Assembly (NCBI GenBank): GCA_951406725.2
Contig: OX597820.1
Span: forward strand, 48,360,001 to 48,424,000
Length of the DNA: 64,000 bases
Direction: 5' to 3'
DNA from: Octopus vulgaris
Lineage: Eukaryota
How positions within the stretch are numbered: position 1 is the stretch's first letter; each line of letters begins with the position of its first letter. Made by a program: the position numbers and the translations under genes. The notes below the pieces were generated by a model. The model searched no databases. It saw only the letters and a list, made by a program, of their open reading frames with translations, and was not told the DNA's origin. Of this stretch, positions 53,356 to 64,000 are shown piece by piece.

Positions 53356-53743
53356 ATGTATGTATTACGAGATGGATTATGACTTACATAGTAGAATGAT
53401 ATCGGGCTAACGGTCATATTGTAGTGTTCATTTGCGAGTGAGCCCTGTTGTGAGAGTGATTAAGGAAATTCATTCGAAAATTATTCTGACTATCGAGCTA
53501 AGATCCGTACCACCCGAGTGCTTGTGCCACACTCTCTCCCTCCAGCTATCATATCCTGTATGTTCCACTGAGTTATGTTCGAGGTGGATGTGAGTGTGTT
53601 AGCTACTTACAACTACATGAACACCTGAAAGAATTCGCAAAAGTTATTATATACCACCAAGGTATATTCACTTGCGAGTAATAGGTATGCCTCTATATGT
53701 GTGTGCAGGTGCGTGCTTTGCACGTGTACGTGTGCGTACCTAT

Positions 53744-53781
<38 letters not shown>

Positions 53782-54486
53782 TCATGCATTTGTAGTTATG
53801 CGTGTAATTATCTATCATTGTAATTTTCTCATTTGCTTAAATATATGTGTGTATGTGCGTTTGTTTATCTGTGTATGAGTGGATGTATGAAAATGTGTAG
53901 TCATACGTGTAATTGTGTATACACAAAATACATTTATGCACACATATACACACACACACATATATGCATGCACGCATTACTATACATATATACATATATA
54001 TGTGAGTGTGTGTATGTACGTATGCTTGTATATGTATATTGTTCATATACATCATACGCACACATATAGAGATACATACATTTCCTTTCAACTGGAGATA
54101 AATCATCTCTATTTGACAGGAAATTTTAATATGTTGTAATCCCTCGGTTATCGATTTTATACAATAACTTTTGATGTCAGTTTACTGTTTCACACATGAG
54201 TGCGTAAACACAAACACAAATATACACACATACAAACACATGCGTAGAAAGACATGTGGGGAGGGGAGAGAGAGAGACAATGAAGTTAAAGAGATACACA
54301 TAGGGAGAGAAAGAGAGAGAGAGAGGGAGAGAGAGAGGGAAGCTCTCATATGCATATATCATATCATTATATGAAATTAAATGAAATAAGAAAAATATGT
54401 TTTAAAACACTTCGTATCTCTTGTTATGTTTAATATCATATATCTACAGATAATGCTATAATGCTTAATCGTTCTTATTAACAGCG

Positions 54487-54540
<54 letters not shown>

Positions 54541-55407
54541 GGTATGTATATATATATATATATTTATATATAGTCATATATATCCATAACACATTCATGT
54601 ACATTTGTGATTACATTTGAGTAATTTTTATCTTTTTTTTTTCTTGTTACCGAGAATATCACCGCCAATATTCTCTATCTCTTAAATAAATTTCCATTAT
54701 GATGTCAAGATCTCGAATCCCTATCCAATCCTAATTATTCTGGGAAATATTTGTACAGGCTGCTAATGCAGTTTTACAACTTGTTAAACATCTGCCTTAT
54801 TTTGTTTTGTTTCATAAAGCACTTGTAATAACCACGCTATTGAACAATCGCCAGTGATACAATGGCCAGCACATACATAAACGGTCAACCAATTTAAATA
54901 CCTCAATTTAATAGTTTATAGACAGCAAATATCAAAGTATTTTAGAAGTTGTTCGTTGCAGCAATAACTTTATCACTGACCATTTCAGACATGGAACGAT
55001 AGGCTTATCCACAAAATAGTAACTGTTATTGTTGTTTGGCACCGGGTACCCGAAAGCTATGAACGTTGTATCACTTTGGTTACAGTTACTGATGTCTTCG
55101 GTGCAGCTGATCTTGTTAGAGAGATTCTGTCTTCAGTATTGTCACTCTTTACTGTCTTCCATGGACATTATAGTTGTAGCGTCCAGTTGTACGTGCGCTG
55201 AACACTTGTTCGTTTTGTGTGTGTATTGGACACTTCGCAGAATAAAGATTGTCAATGCAATGATACAGCGTATCAGTATATCAGCAAGGCACAGTATCAA
55301 TGTATCAGTTTATTAGCAATGCATTCGTTTTACCATATTATTAGCATTTCTACTTAGAATTGTATTTTCATGCCTACTGCATTAGATGAGTTAAATCTAA
55401 ATCATTA

Positions 55408-56289
55408 CTGGGTATTGGGGATAAACGTGACGACTTTTATGTCTCCTTTTTCCATGAACAACTTGATGTATAGGTGACCAGCCAACGACATTGGAGAGCA
55501 TGCACATTAAAGTTATATTTGAAAAAGTTACCTGACATGCAGGATTGGAAGCCACCTGAATATAGAAAAAGAGTTACCTGTATCAGACTGATTTGCTCCG
55601 GGTATCAAAATGCCGACATCATGGCTACAGCTCAATACTGTGTGAACACTGTAATGTTTATAAGACGTGATATGGACAGATGTAACGGAGATTACATAGC
55701 CTTGGCCAGCAGTAAGGGACATAGCAAGCGTTCTGATTGTGTTCACGCGTAGATATTCATCCAACAACTTCAGGAATTGGGAGTTAGGTTAAATTCAAAT
55801 GGCTATGTGAAGCTGCTGAAGAGGGTTCCTGCTGGAAAGCTATGTGTGACTGATACATTTGGCTCCTTAACATACCACCGAAAATAGTCAGAAATGGTTG
55901 TCGGAGAAATTTCTACACTTAACCAGCCCCAATTTCAGGTCTCGTAATTCACACCCCACTCCCATTATAATAATATGTATCACTATGCGTAGGGCGCAGT
56001 TGAGTAAGACACCAACAGATCTGCCTACAACACCAAATTGGAGATGGTAGCCAAGATCAAGGAAGTGGTCGAAGATATTCCCAGGTTCATCGTGAGGAAT
56101 ACATGCGTTTGCTTCAGATCTGTCTTGAGATCGTGCTGGAAGCTGAGGACGGCAACTTTGAATAAACTTTTATCTTTCAATCATAATCTATTTCATATGC
56201 TTTGATTTTCTTAAATACTAGTATTTTGGCGGGATATAGAGTTTTCTTTTCCTTTTATACAAGCTGTCAAGTTTAGTCCGAACAATTTG
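55408..56289 (+). mobile_element. Internally deleted maT-like mariner with degenerate TIRs and TA flanks
   Basis: Left ta-ctgggtattggggataaacgtgac, right gctgtcaagtttagtccgaacaatttg-ta; MQDWKPPEYRKRV...HSKRSDCV...QQLQEL joined directly to GVRLNSNGYVKLL...GAVE*DTNRSAYNTK. Confidence 0.75.
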
Positions 56290-56299
56290 TACAACTTTC

Positions 56300-56790
56300 T
56301 AGAGATACCGTGTCTTCAAAGACGAAGTATGCTTCATAACTCATACAAATTTCGAACCCCAATTTTCTTAAAAGTAAACGCAAAGAAGCAAACGTAGCTG
56401 TAAACTGAAACCAACTCACAAAGTACATGGGAATTTTCGAAATAGAAGTATGGCATAAGCTGCTTATGTTGTTTTTGATCTCCTTCGAACATCTTGCGTC
56501 TTCTGTGATCAAAGTTCCAAGTTAGCTGAAGGATATACTTGCGTAATGATGTGATTGTCACATTAAGCATGTACTTTGGGTTTTCTATCTTTGTTACCAC
56601 CATGCATACTGACTTCTTGCAATTTATGAACAGACCCTTCCTCTCATTTCCTCTGGTCGCTACATCCAGATATCTTTAGAATTCCTTTTCCGGTTTTGTA
56701 AATAAGATTGCGCTATCTGCCTATTTTATGTTGGAGATGGTTTTGCCTCCTACCCTAAGACATTTTCTCTTCTCCACTTCTCTTATATAC
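56300..56790 (-). mobile_element. RTE-type LINE RT fragment
   Basis: VGGKTISNIK*ADSAIL (decayed YADD region)...KGLFINCKKSVCMVVTK...ITEDARCSKEIK. Confidence 0.7.
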
Positions 56791-58198
56791 ATGGACGGAA
56801 GTGGAAGCCATGTTCACACTTCTACTTAAGTATGGGCTGTATTATGATGCGTGTTATTGCACCTGATGAGAGAAATAATATGTAACACTTAATGCTGATT
56901 ACTGTACTGAAAATATTATTCTATCCTTGTTCTTTCATCTTATTCTTATTAAGATCTCCTCAAGGCGGCAAGCTATCAGAACTGTTAGTACGCTGGAAAA
57001 ATGCTTAGATGTATTTTGTCCGGTATTTTAGGGAATTGCAGATAAAACGTTGTCTGTTTACCCTGAAGGTACAAATAAATGCATTTATTCACATAGAGAC
57101 AGTGAATCTCCTCAATGAAAATGTATAAAAATTCTTACTTAGATATTTAGATTTTCCTTCACAAAAGTGCACTGGCTAAAGGACTCAATACAAGAGGGCT
57201 AATACTAACTAATAACATGCAAACTAAATTCGAAAAAGGCTCATACGTCAACAACAGAACAAAACATTTAAAAAAATGGACCGCGACAAAAAGCTGCCAC
57301 TCCTATTAAAACAGAACCAAACATAAATGTGTATTATATAAATCAAATGCATACTAGCTACACGGTAAATGAACAAATTATCAAAAATGTAAAAACAGAA
57401 TTCAGTATGCATTACATCAAATCATTAATTAAATCTAATGGGAAAATACCACTATAATTTTAAATCTCTATATTAATAATAAATTAAATCTATGTGTCTC
57501 GCCCGAAGAAACTATTGATGATGAATCTTAGTCGATTACGAATGACATAATTGTTAGATTCAAGACTCCAACTGATATATTGGATACAAACCGCAGCATG
57601 CTCACACCGGCTTACGCCCCTTTTAAAATAAGGAACAATTTCAAACAATTGCACTCCGCCATACAGAGCAGAACTTGAATGGAAGATATTAGTAGACCTC
57701 GCAGCATCACTCTACAAAGTTCCATACGAAAATAAAGATTTATGATGGAATTATGCATATATCATATAACAAAGCTAAAACAAGAGCACAAATAATAGCC
57801 ACACACAAAAACTAAAAGACAAAACGTTATTGGGCTGGAGACTTAACAGTCTAAAAATTAACTCACCTCAGCAGTATTTTATCTACAGAGGTTTAGAAAG
57901 GTTGAAGATGTATTTAGCGTCTTTGCATTTCCAGATACTACAAGAGAATCATTCCAAAATAAAAAAAAGCTCGATGAAAAATCCGAAAGCAGCAAGTTAT
58001 CAAATACAGCATGTACAAAGAGCAACCTGCTTCGTATATGTATGCAGACATAAGCACATAAATGCCTTCTGCGAAGATGTTCAAATGTAATATAAAAAAT
58101 GCAGGTTAAGATTATTGGAAGCTGGCAGAACTGTTAAACTTGTTTTAATTTAGCAATATATACATACATACATACACACATACAAACATATGTATATT

Positions 58199-58278
<80 letters not shown>

Positions 58279-58339
58279 CATATATAAATACACATGTATG
58301 TTTGTGTAAATATATATGTATAAATATACTCACACACAC

Positions 58340-58372
<33 letters not shown>

Positions 58373-58610
58373 CCTTAGTTATGTTTCGACCAGGTCATGT
58401 CTAACTTAATAGCACCACCTTATAGGATTAGCTAAATCCTTTTTAAGTCAAATTTTGTGGTATTATGGTCTATTCGAGTAGGGAGGTCTTGTTGAGTGAG
58501 TTGTATAGAGATATAGGTGGCTTGTCTGGTATTCCTTGAAGAAGTGTGTCCACATTCCATTTAAAGGTGATGGGATCCTGCTCCTCTTAGATCTGTTTCG
58601 GGACAATATT
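58373..58610 (-). mobile_element. CR1-group LINE 3' end
   Basis: NIVPKQI*EEQDPITFKWNVDTLLQGIPDKPPISLYNSLNKTSLLE* (FKxxLDxxLxxIPDxP-like), short 3' UTR, then (TA)n. Confidence 0.65.
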
Positions 58611-58622
58611 AATATATATATC

Positions 58623-58950
58623 TATTAATAGTTATCACCAAGTTAACATGGCAGTCCAGAAAAATAGCTTGATTAACTTCAAGAGGCCATCGCCTCTAGC
58701 TAGCTATGTGACACACGAACCTGTGGGTTCGGCTGCTCTATATTGATGAGAGGCAAATACCCAGAAACTAATCTGTAGATGCCAGGCCAGCAAGGGGAAG
58801 CAGCTGACCTCCCCTGTTCGAAGGTGATAATGGACACAGGTTCGTGTGTCACGTAGCTAGCTGCATGCGATGGCCTCCTGGAGCTAATCAACGGCAGCAT
58901 TCATCCTATTTTTCTGGACTTCCATGTTAGCTTGGGGATAAATATTAATA
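58623..58950. repeat. Inverted repeat with ~105-115-bp arms
   Basis: agctagctatgtgacacacgaacctgtg versus cacaggttcgtgtgtcacgtagctagct; agtccagaaaaatag versus ctatttttctggact. Confidence 0.92.
58737..58779 (+). ncRNA. Degenerate hammerhead-like motif in the inverted-repeat spacer
   Basis: TCTATA TTGATGA G AGGCAAATACCC A GAAA CTAA T C TGTAGA: 6-bp stem I, C3U, stem II and stem III mutated. Confidence 0.45.
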
Positions 58951-59028
58951 TCCAGTACCACTGCCGTAGTCTCCTTTAGAGAGACTTAGAAATATGAATA
59001 TGTATATATATGTATATATACATATATA

Positions 59029-59069
<41 letters not shown>

Positions 59070-59121
59070 GTATACATATATACATACATATACACACACA
59101 CACACACATATGTATATATAT

Positions 59122-59461
59122 CTGAGATCCCCTTCGGTCACGACACAGACTATGGGAGTGCACCTAGAAAGTTACCCTCCCAGGCACAAGTCCGGGCAAG
59201 GGTGTTTATGGAAGACCAGCAGTCGCCCATGCATACTGGCCTTCCCTCTCCACACCACCAGTGTTATCCAAGGGAAAGGCAAAGGCCGATACAGCTTGCC
59301 ACCTGTGCCGTCGCAACACATTTCTACAGGTGAGTGAACTGGAGTAACGTGAAATAAAGTGTCTTGCTCAAGAACACAACACGTAACCCGGTCCGGGATT
59401 TGAGCTCACAACCTCACGATCGTAGGCTCAACGCTCTAACCACTGAGCCATGCGCCTTCAC
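59122..59461 (-). mobile_element. Full-length CORE-type tRNA SINE (family C)
   Basis: Reverse strand: A box tggctcagtgg, B-box-like gagctcaaatcc, CORE-like tgttgtgttcttgagcaagacactttatttcac...ccagttcactcacctgta. Confidence 0.88.
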
Positions 59462-59478
59462 ACACACACAGGCACACA

Positions 59479-59533
<55 letters not shown>

Positions 59534-61492
59534 TTACATGTTCATATTTGTGCCCACATACGCACCAAGCATACATAAGTACACACTATGATTTTTTTAA
59601 AAATTATTAACTAATATAATTAAAGTTTTATCTCTGTGGTTAAGTAAATTTGGAAACTTTTACTCATTTTAGCCATGCCTCGTGATTTTGTCCGAGTATT
59701 TGTCCTTCATACTGCATAATGGAATTTTAAAAAACACAAAACACAATGCTATCACAATTACATTTCCAAATTCATCTATTTCTCGCTGGCTGTTTTGTTT
59801 TGAATATATTTTAAAGCTCCAACCTAGAATTATCTAAAGGTAAAAGAGTGATAAGTACAGAAAAGAAAAGCAGCTGTTCTTATTACAGTTTTGGAATCTG
59901 GAGTGTTTTGCAAGGTCTAGCAACAATGTGGTAAAAAGATGTTAACAATGGTTTGAGATCATATATACTACCATATATACAATTAAAAACATTTGACCAC
60001 TACAAAACTTTAACCACACTAATACGAAAATTAAACCTCTCTACCTTCCCCCACATTAATGAATACAAAGGAATAAAGAAACAAGATATGAAATGCAATT
60101 ATGACTTTTACTGAAGGAAGTGAAAAACAACATCTGGTTTGATTAATTTAAATGCAACAATCCTTGTTGCTTCCCCACCCTAAATGGCCACTAAGTACTA
60201 AACAAACAATCTGTGTATACCAGTAAAAAAGCCACGCCTCTTCACCTCCCCCTCCTACACAAAAAACTTTTTCTTCTTTCTTCTCCCATGCTTGGTAAAC
60301 CACACAAATTTATTTTAAATAAAACAGTCCAAATCTAAATTTAAACCACTTTTTGATACATCCGATAACGAAAGAAAACGCTTAATGTGTAAATAAAATA
60401 GAATATGTATAAAATATATATATATAATCATCCAATATTGACCACCTTAGTATTCTAAATATACAATATCTGTACATCACTACAAACTCTCTTTATATAT
60501 ATATATATTGTGTATGTGTGTTTGTGCGTATCAGTGGTGACTTCGGCTTTCGGCCAGTTCGGGGTTAGCCCAAATATAAATTTTGTAAATTGAACGTTTA
60601 TTTGCCGGCTGATTTAATTTCTGTCAGCACTGAATTCTGTAATTTCAGGCAATGTTGTGCCAACTCACAGTATTTTTTTTTCAGCGTCTGGCGATCGCCT
60701 TAGGGGTGCCCTGTGTTAAAATATATCATTCGCAGCAGATGTTCTCTTTGCATAGTTCACACGCATTTGACTCGGGCTCAGGAGTTACAGCCCGAATTGT
60801 TATCCATAATTGAAAAATTAAAATTCTAATTCAATGTTTTCTTCAAACAATAAATTTCTATGGCGATCAGGTTTTAAAATCCAATCTATGAAAAGTTTAC
60901 GTTGAACAATATTCTTAAAAGAACGAAAAATTATCCAGTAACTCGGGTTAATACAAACAAGGCCTGGTAGGTATAAAAGACTAACTGGCATCTCTTGTCA
61001 AGAGAACAGGTAACAGTCAGATCGCTGATGTTTGTTGTGCACTCTGCGGTCGTTATTTGAATGTTGTCATCCTGCGCGTTTATGTGTAAATATTAGTTGT
61101 GTTTTGCAGAGTTGCTTTATTTTTTACTCTTTACTTAGAAAAACAGAAAGACCTAGTGCTATATATAAAAATATAAGACATTTGGCGCTACAAATATTGC
61201 TGAAAAAGTGAAAATCTACGAGCAAGAATTTGTCTGATGCGAAATCTGTGATGAGACCGAGTGACGAAATCTTTCATGAGTCCGAGTGACGCTGATGATC
61301 TGGAGTCGCCTCTGGTATGTATGTATGTATGTATGTATGTATGTATGTATGTATGTATGTATGTATGTATGTATGTATGTACGTACGTACGTACGTATGT
61401 ATGTATGTATGCATGCATGTATGTATATATGTTTGTATGGTTTTATGTATGTAGAATGTAATATCGATGCATTATCATCTTTTTGTCAGTAT

Positions 61493-61543
<51 letters not shown>

Positions 61544-61574
61544 TGTATGTGAGTGTGTGTGTGTGTGCGTGTGT

Positions 61575-61850
61575 GTTTGGAGGTGCAAACGAGGCTGTGT
61601 TGTAAATGGTTGGTTTCCAAACCACGTGGCTTTGTGTTCATTCTCACTACGTGTCATTTGGACAAGTGTCTTCTATAGCATAAAAACCTTGTGGGTAGCT
61701 TTGATAGGCAGAAACGGAAAAGAAGCCATCGTGTGTTTCTGTATGTGTGTGTGCGTTTGTCTTTGTGTCTGTGTTTGTCCCATCCCCACCACGTGACAAC
61801 CGGTGATGGTGTGTTTATATCAACGTCACTTAGGTGTTCAGCCTAAGGGC
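61575..61850 (+). mobile_element. SINE family B, diverged, 5' and middle parts
   Basis: ggctgtgttgtaa...ttccaaaccacgtgg...ttggacaagtgtcttctatagc...aaagaagccatcg...gtttgtcccatccccaccacgtgacaaccggtgatggtgtgttta. Confidence 0.75.
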
Positions 61851-62129
61851 CCGATCACACACGCATGCACACTCGCAAGCACACACGTACACACACACAC
61901 ACAAGCACAGACACATATATACACATATTCATATGTGTGGGTATATATATGTGTGTCTGTGTATACCTATATATAAATATACATACACACACACACACAT
62001 AATCATTCTCATATACGCGCAGACACACAATCATATATAAATGAGTACATATGTTAATGTGTATGTAAGAGTGTGTTTCTCTGTTTGTGTACGGATATCC
62101 AATGCCTTTTAGGTCTGTGTATATATATG

Positions 62130-62191
<62 letters not shown>

Positions 62192-62626
62192 GTACAAGTA
62201 CTATATGTAAGTTTATCTTCAAGTATGTATTGTAGTCTCATTCATTTAATTAAGTTTCTTTCACCCATATTTTCCGTGTCGCTTGGAACAATTAATTTCC
62301 AAAATTTATAATAAATGCCTTTTGCTTCTCACCGTCTGATCTGCTGGATATGAAATTTAAACGTTGGTAGATGTAACAGATTTGCGTGCTTAAATATGAG
62401 AATTTCAATTTTAAGCGCTAGTATTATATGTTTGAATCTCAAAACGCTTATTCCATTTATGAGATCCATATGTCTTTTTTGTGTTCCTTTTAACACTTCA
62501 CTACCGTAAGAAAAACGATTCTTCGATCATAAGTGTGTAGATCATCACCCTTTTCGGTTTTAATATATAAGCAGAGAGTTATAAAACGATATCAATCTAA
62601 TATCATCGTCTTTAATTTAAAAGGCT

Positions 62627-62627
62627 C

Positions 62628-62703
<76 letters not shown>

Positions 62704-62749
62704 GTCTATCTATCTGTCTGTCTGTCTATCTGTATGTATGTCTGTCTGT

Positions 62750-62794
<45 letters not shown>

Positions 62795-62867
62795 CCTATC
62801 TATCATTTATTCTTTTGTCTATAAATCTCTCTCTCTCTCGCTCTCTCACTGTCTCTCTCTCTCACTG

Positions 62868-62898
<31 letters not shown>

Positions 62899-62900
62899 AT
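62627..62900. repeat. Compound (TATC)n/(TC)n microsatellite
   Basis: Directly visible; representative of dozens of (TA)n, (CA)n and (TACA)n tracts across the window. Confidence 0.95.
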
Positions 62901-63584
62901 GTATATATATACACACGCAGACACGTATATATATGCATATATATGTATTTGTGTGTGTGTATATATATATAAAAATATAAATGCATTTATATAAATATGC
63001 ATGTAACTTTGTATAAGCATGCACATGCGTTCACACGTCTCAGCTACATATTTAGTATCTCTTAAACATGCGAAATGACACGAGAAAAATACAACATAAA
63101 AATAAAATAATACAAATAATAAACAAGAAAAAAATCTACTGCCAGTAGATAAACGCAAAAGAAAGCATATATCATACATAACAAAACTTACAAGATTGAA
63201 AGCAATAACTATAAAAACCACTGAGACATCTTAAATAACATTTTACAAGAAAAATACTAAAAACAACTTTGAAAACAGGAACAGACCACTAATGAATAAA
63301 AAGAAAGTTGCTAATATGACGTGACTTTTTGCAACCGCAAAACATATCTTTACGTATTCTCGCTCACTCTTTCCTTCTCATTCCTTACCCCTTTTTTTAT
63401 GATACATTCCTCCATGGGGCTGACTTGTCTAACAATAAGTGTTCATCTCTCCGCTTTCGTTATTCGCACTCACCCGCAAATACGCGCTCATAAATATAAA
63501 TATACCGTGATAGACTTATACACATGCGGCCACTCGTACACATGCATGCAAACACTTTTAGTCATATATATGAATGCGTGCTTG

Positions 63585-63645
<61 letters not shown>

Positions 63646-63750
63646 ACACATATATATAAATATACATATATATACAAATATATATGGGCATATCTCTCTC
63701 TCTCTCTCTCTCACTCTCTGTATATATATAACTCTCTCTCTCCCTCTCTA

Positions 63751-63800
<50 letters not shown>

Positions 63801-63901
63801 ATTAGTGGTTGAGAGAGGCGAAGCAGTATAGGCAAGTGTATCAACAATACACCCATAAAAACAAGATTGACTGGATCAATAATAACAACAACAACAAAAG
63901 C

Positions 63902-63958
<57 letters not shown>

Positions 63959-64000
63959 TCCTGATTATGTTTTACGACCAAAAATCTCGAGCTGGGCTAT

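Noticed and set aside
55029-55316. 95-aa ORF upstream of the maT element
   Set aside because: No recognisable domain on either strand
57170-58140. A/C-skewed region including ccgaagaaacta...tagtcgatt near 57503
   Set aside because: Probably a decayed retroelement; the hammerhead-like reading lacks GAAA and stem I
59380-59461. tRNA-like sequence with A and B boxes
   Set aside because: It is the head of a CORE-type SINE and continues into SINE body; no proper cloverleaf

Overview
AT-rich, microsatellite-dense eukaryotic DNA with no recognisable intact host gene. The SINE families and repeat landscape suggest a coleoid cephalopod, probably Octopus (inference). Almost all listed ORFs are translations of (TA)n, (CA)n or (TACA)n repeats. 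Recognisable content: many tRNA-derived SINE copies from three families; decayed LINE pieces (two RTE-type RT fragments, a CRE-type and an R4/Dong-type C-terminus, a CR1-group 3' end, and an apparently ORF1-only element with a CCHC zinc knuckle); and five dead Tc1/mariner relics, one internally inverted. The most notable signal is 12 type-I hammerhead-ribozyme-like motifs in about 8 otherwise dissimilar short non-coding elements, mostly next to (TA)n/(TACA)n tracts. They occur as tandem arrays (493-nt and ~505-nt units) or as fold-back palindromes, resembling Penelope pseudo-LTRs and animal retrozymes. All structures and alignments were read by eye; ribozyme activity and expression are untested.
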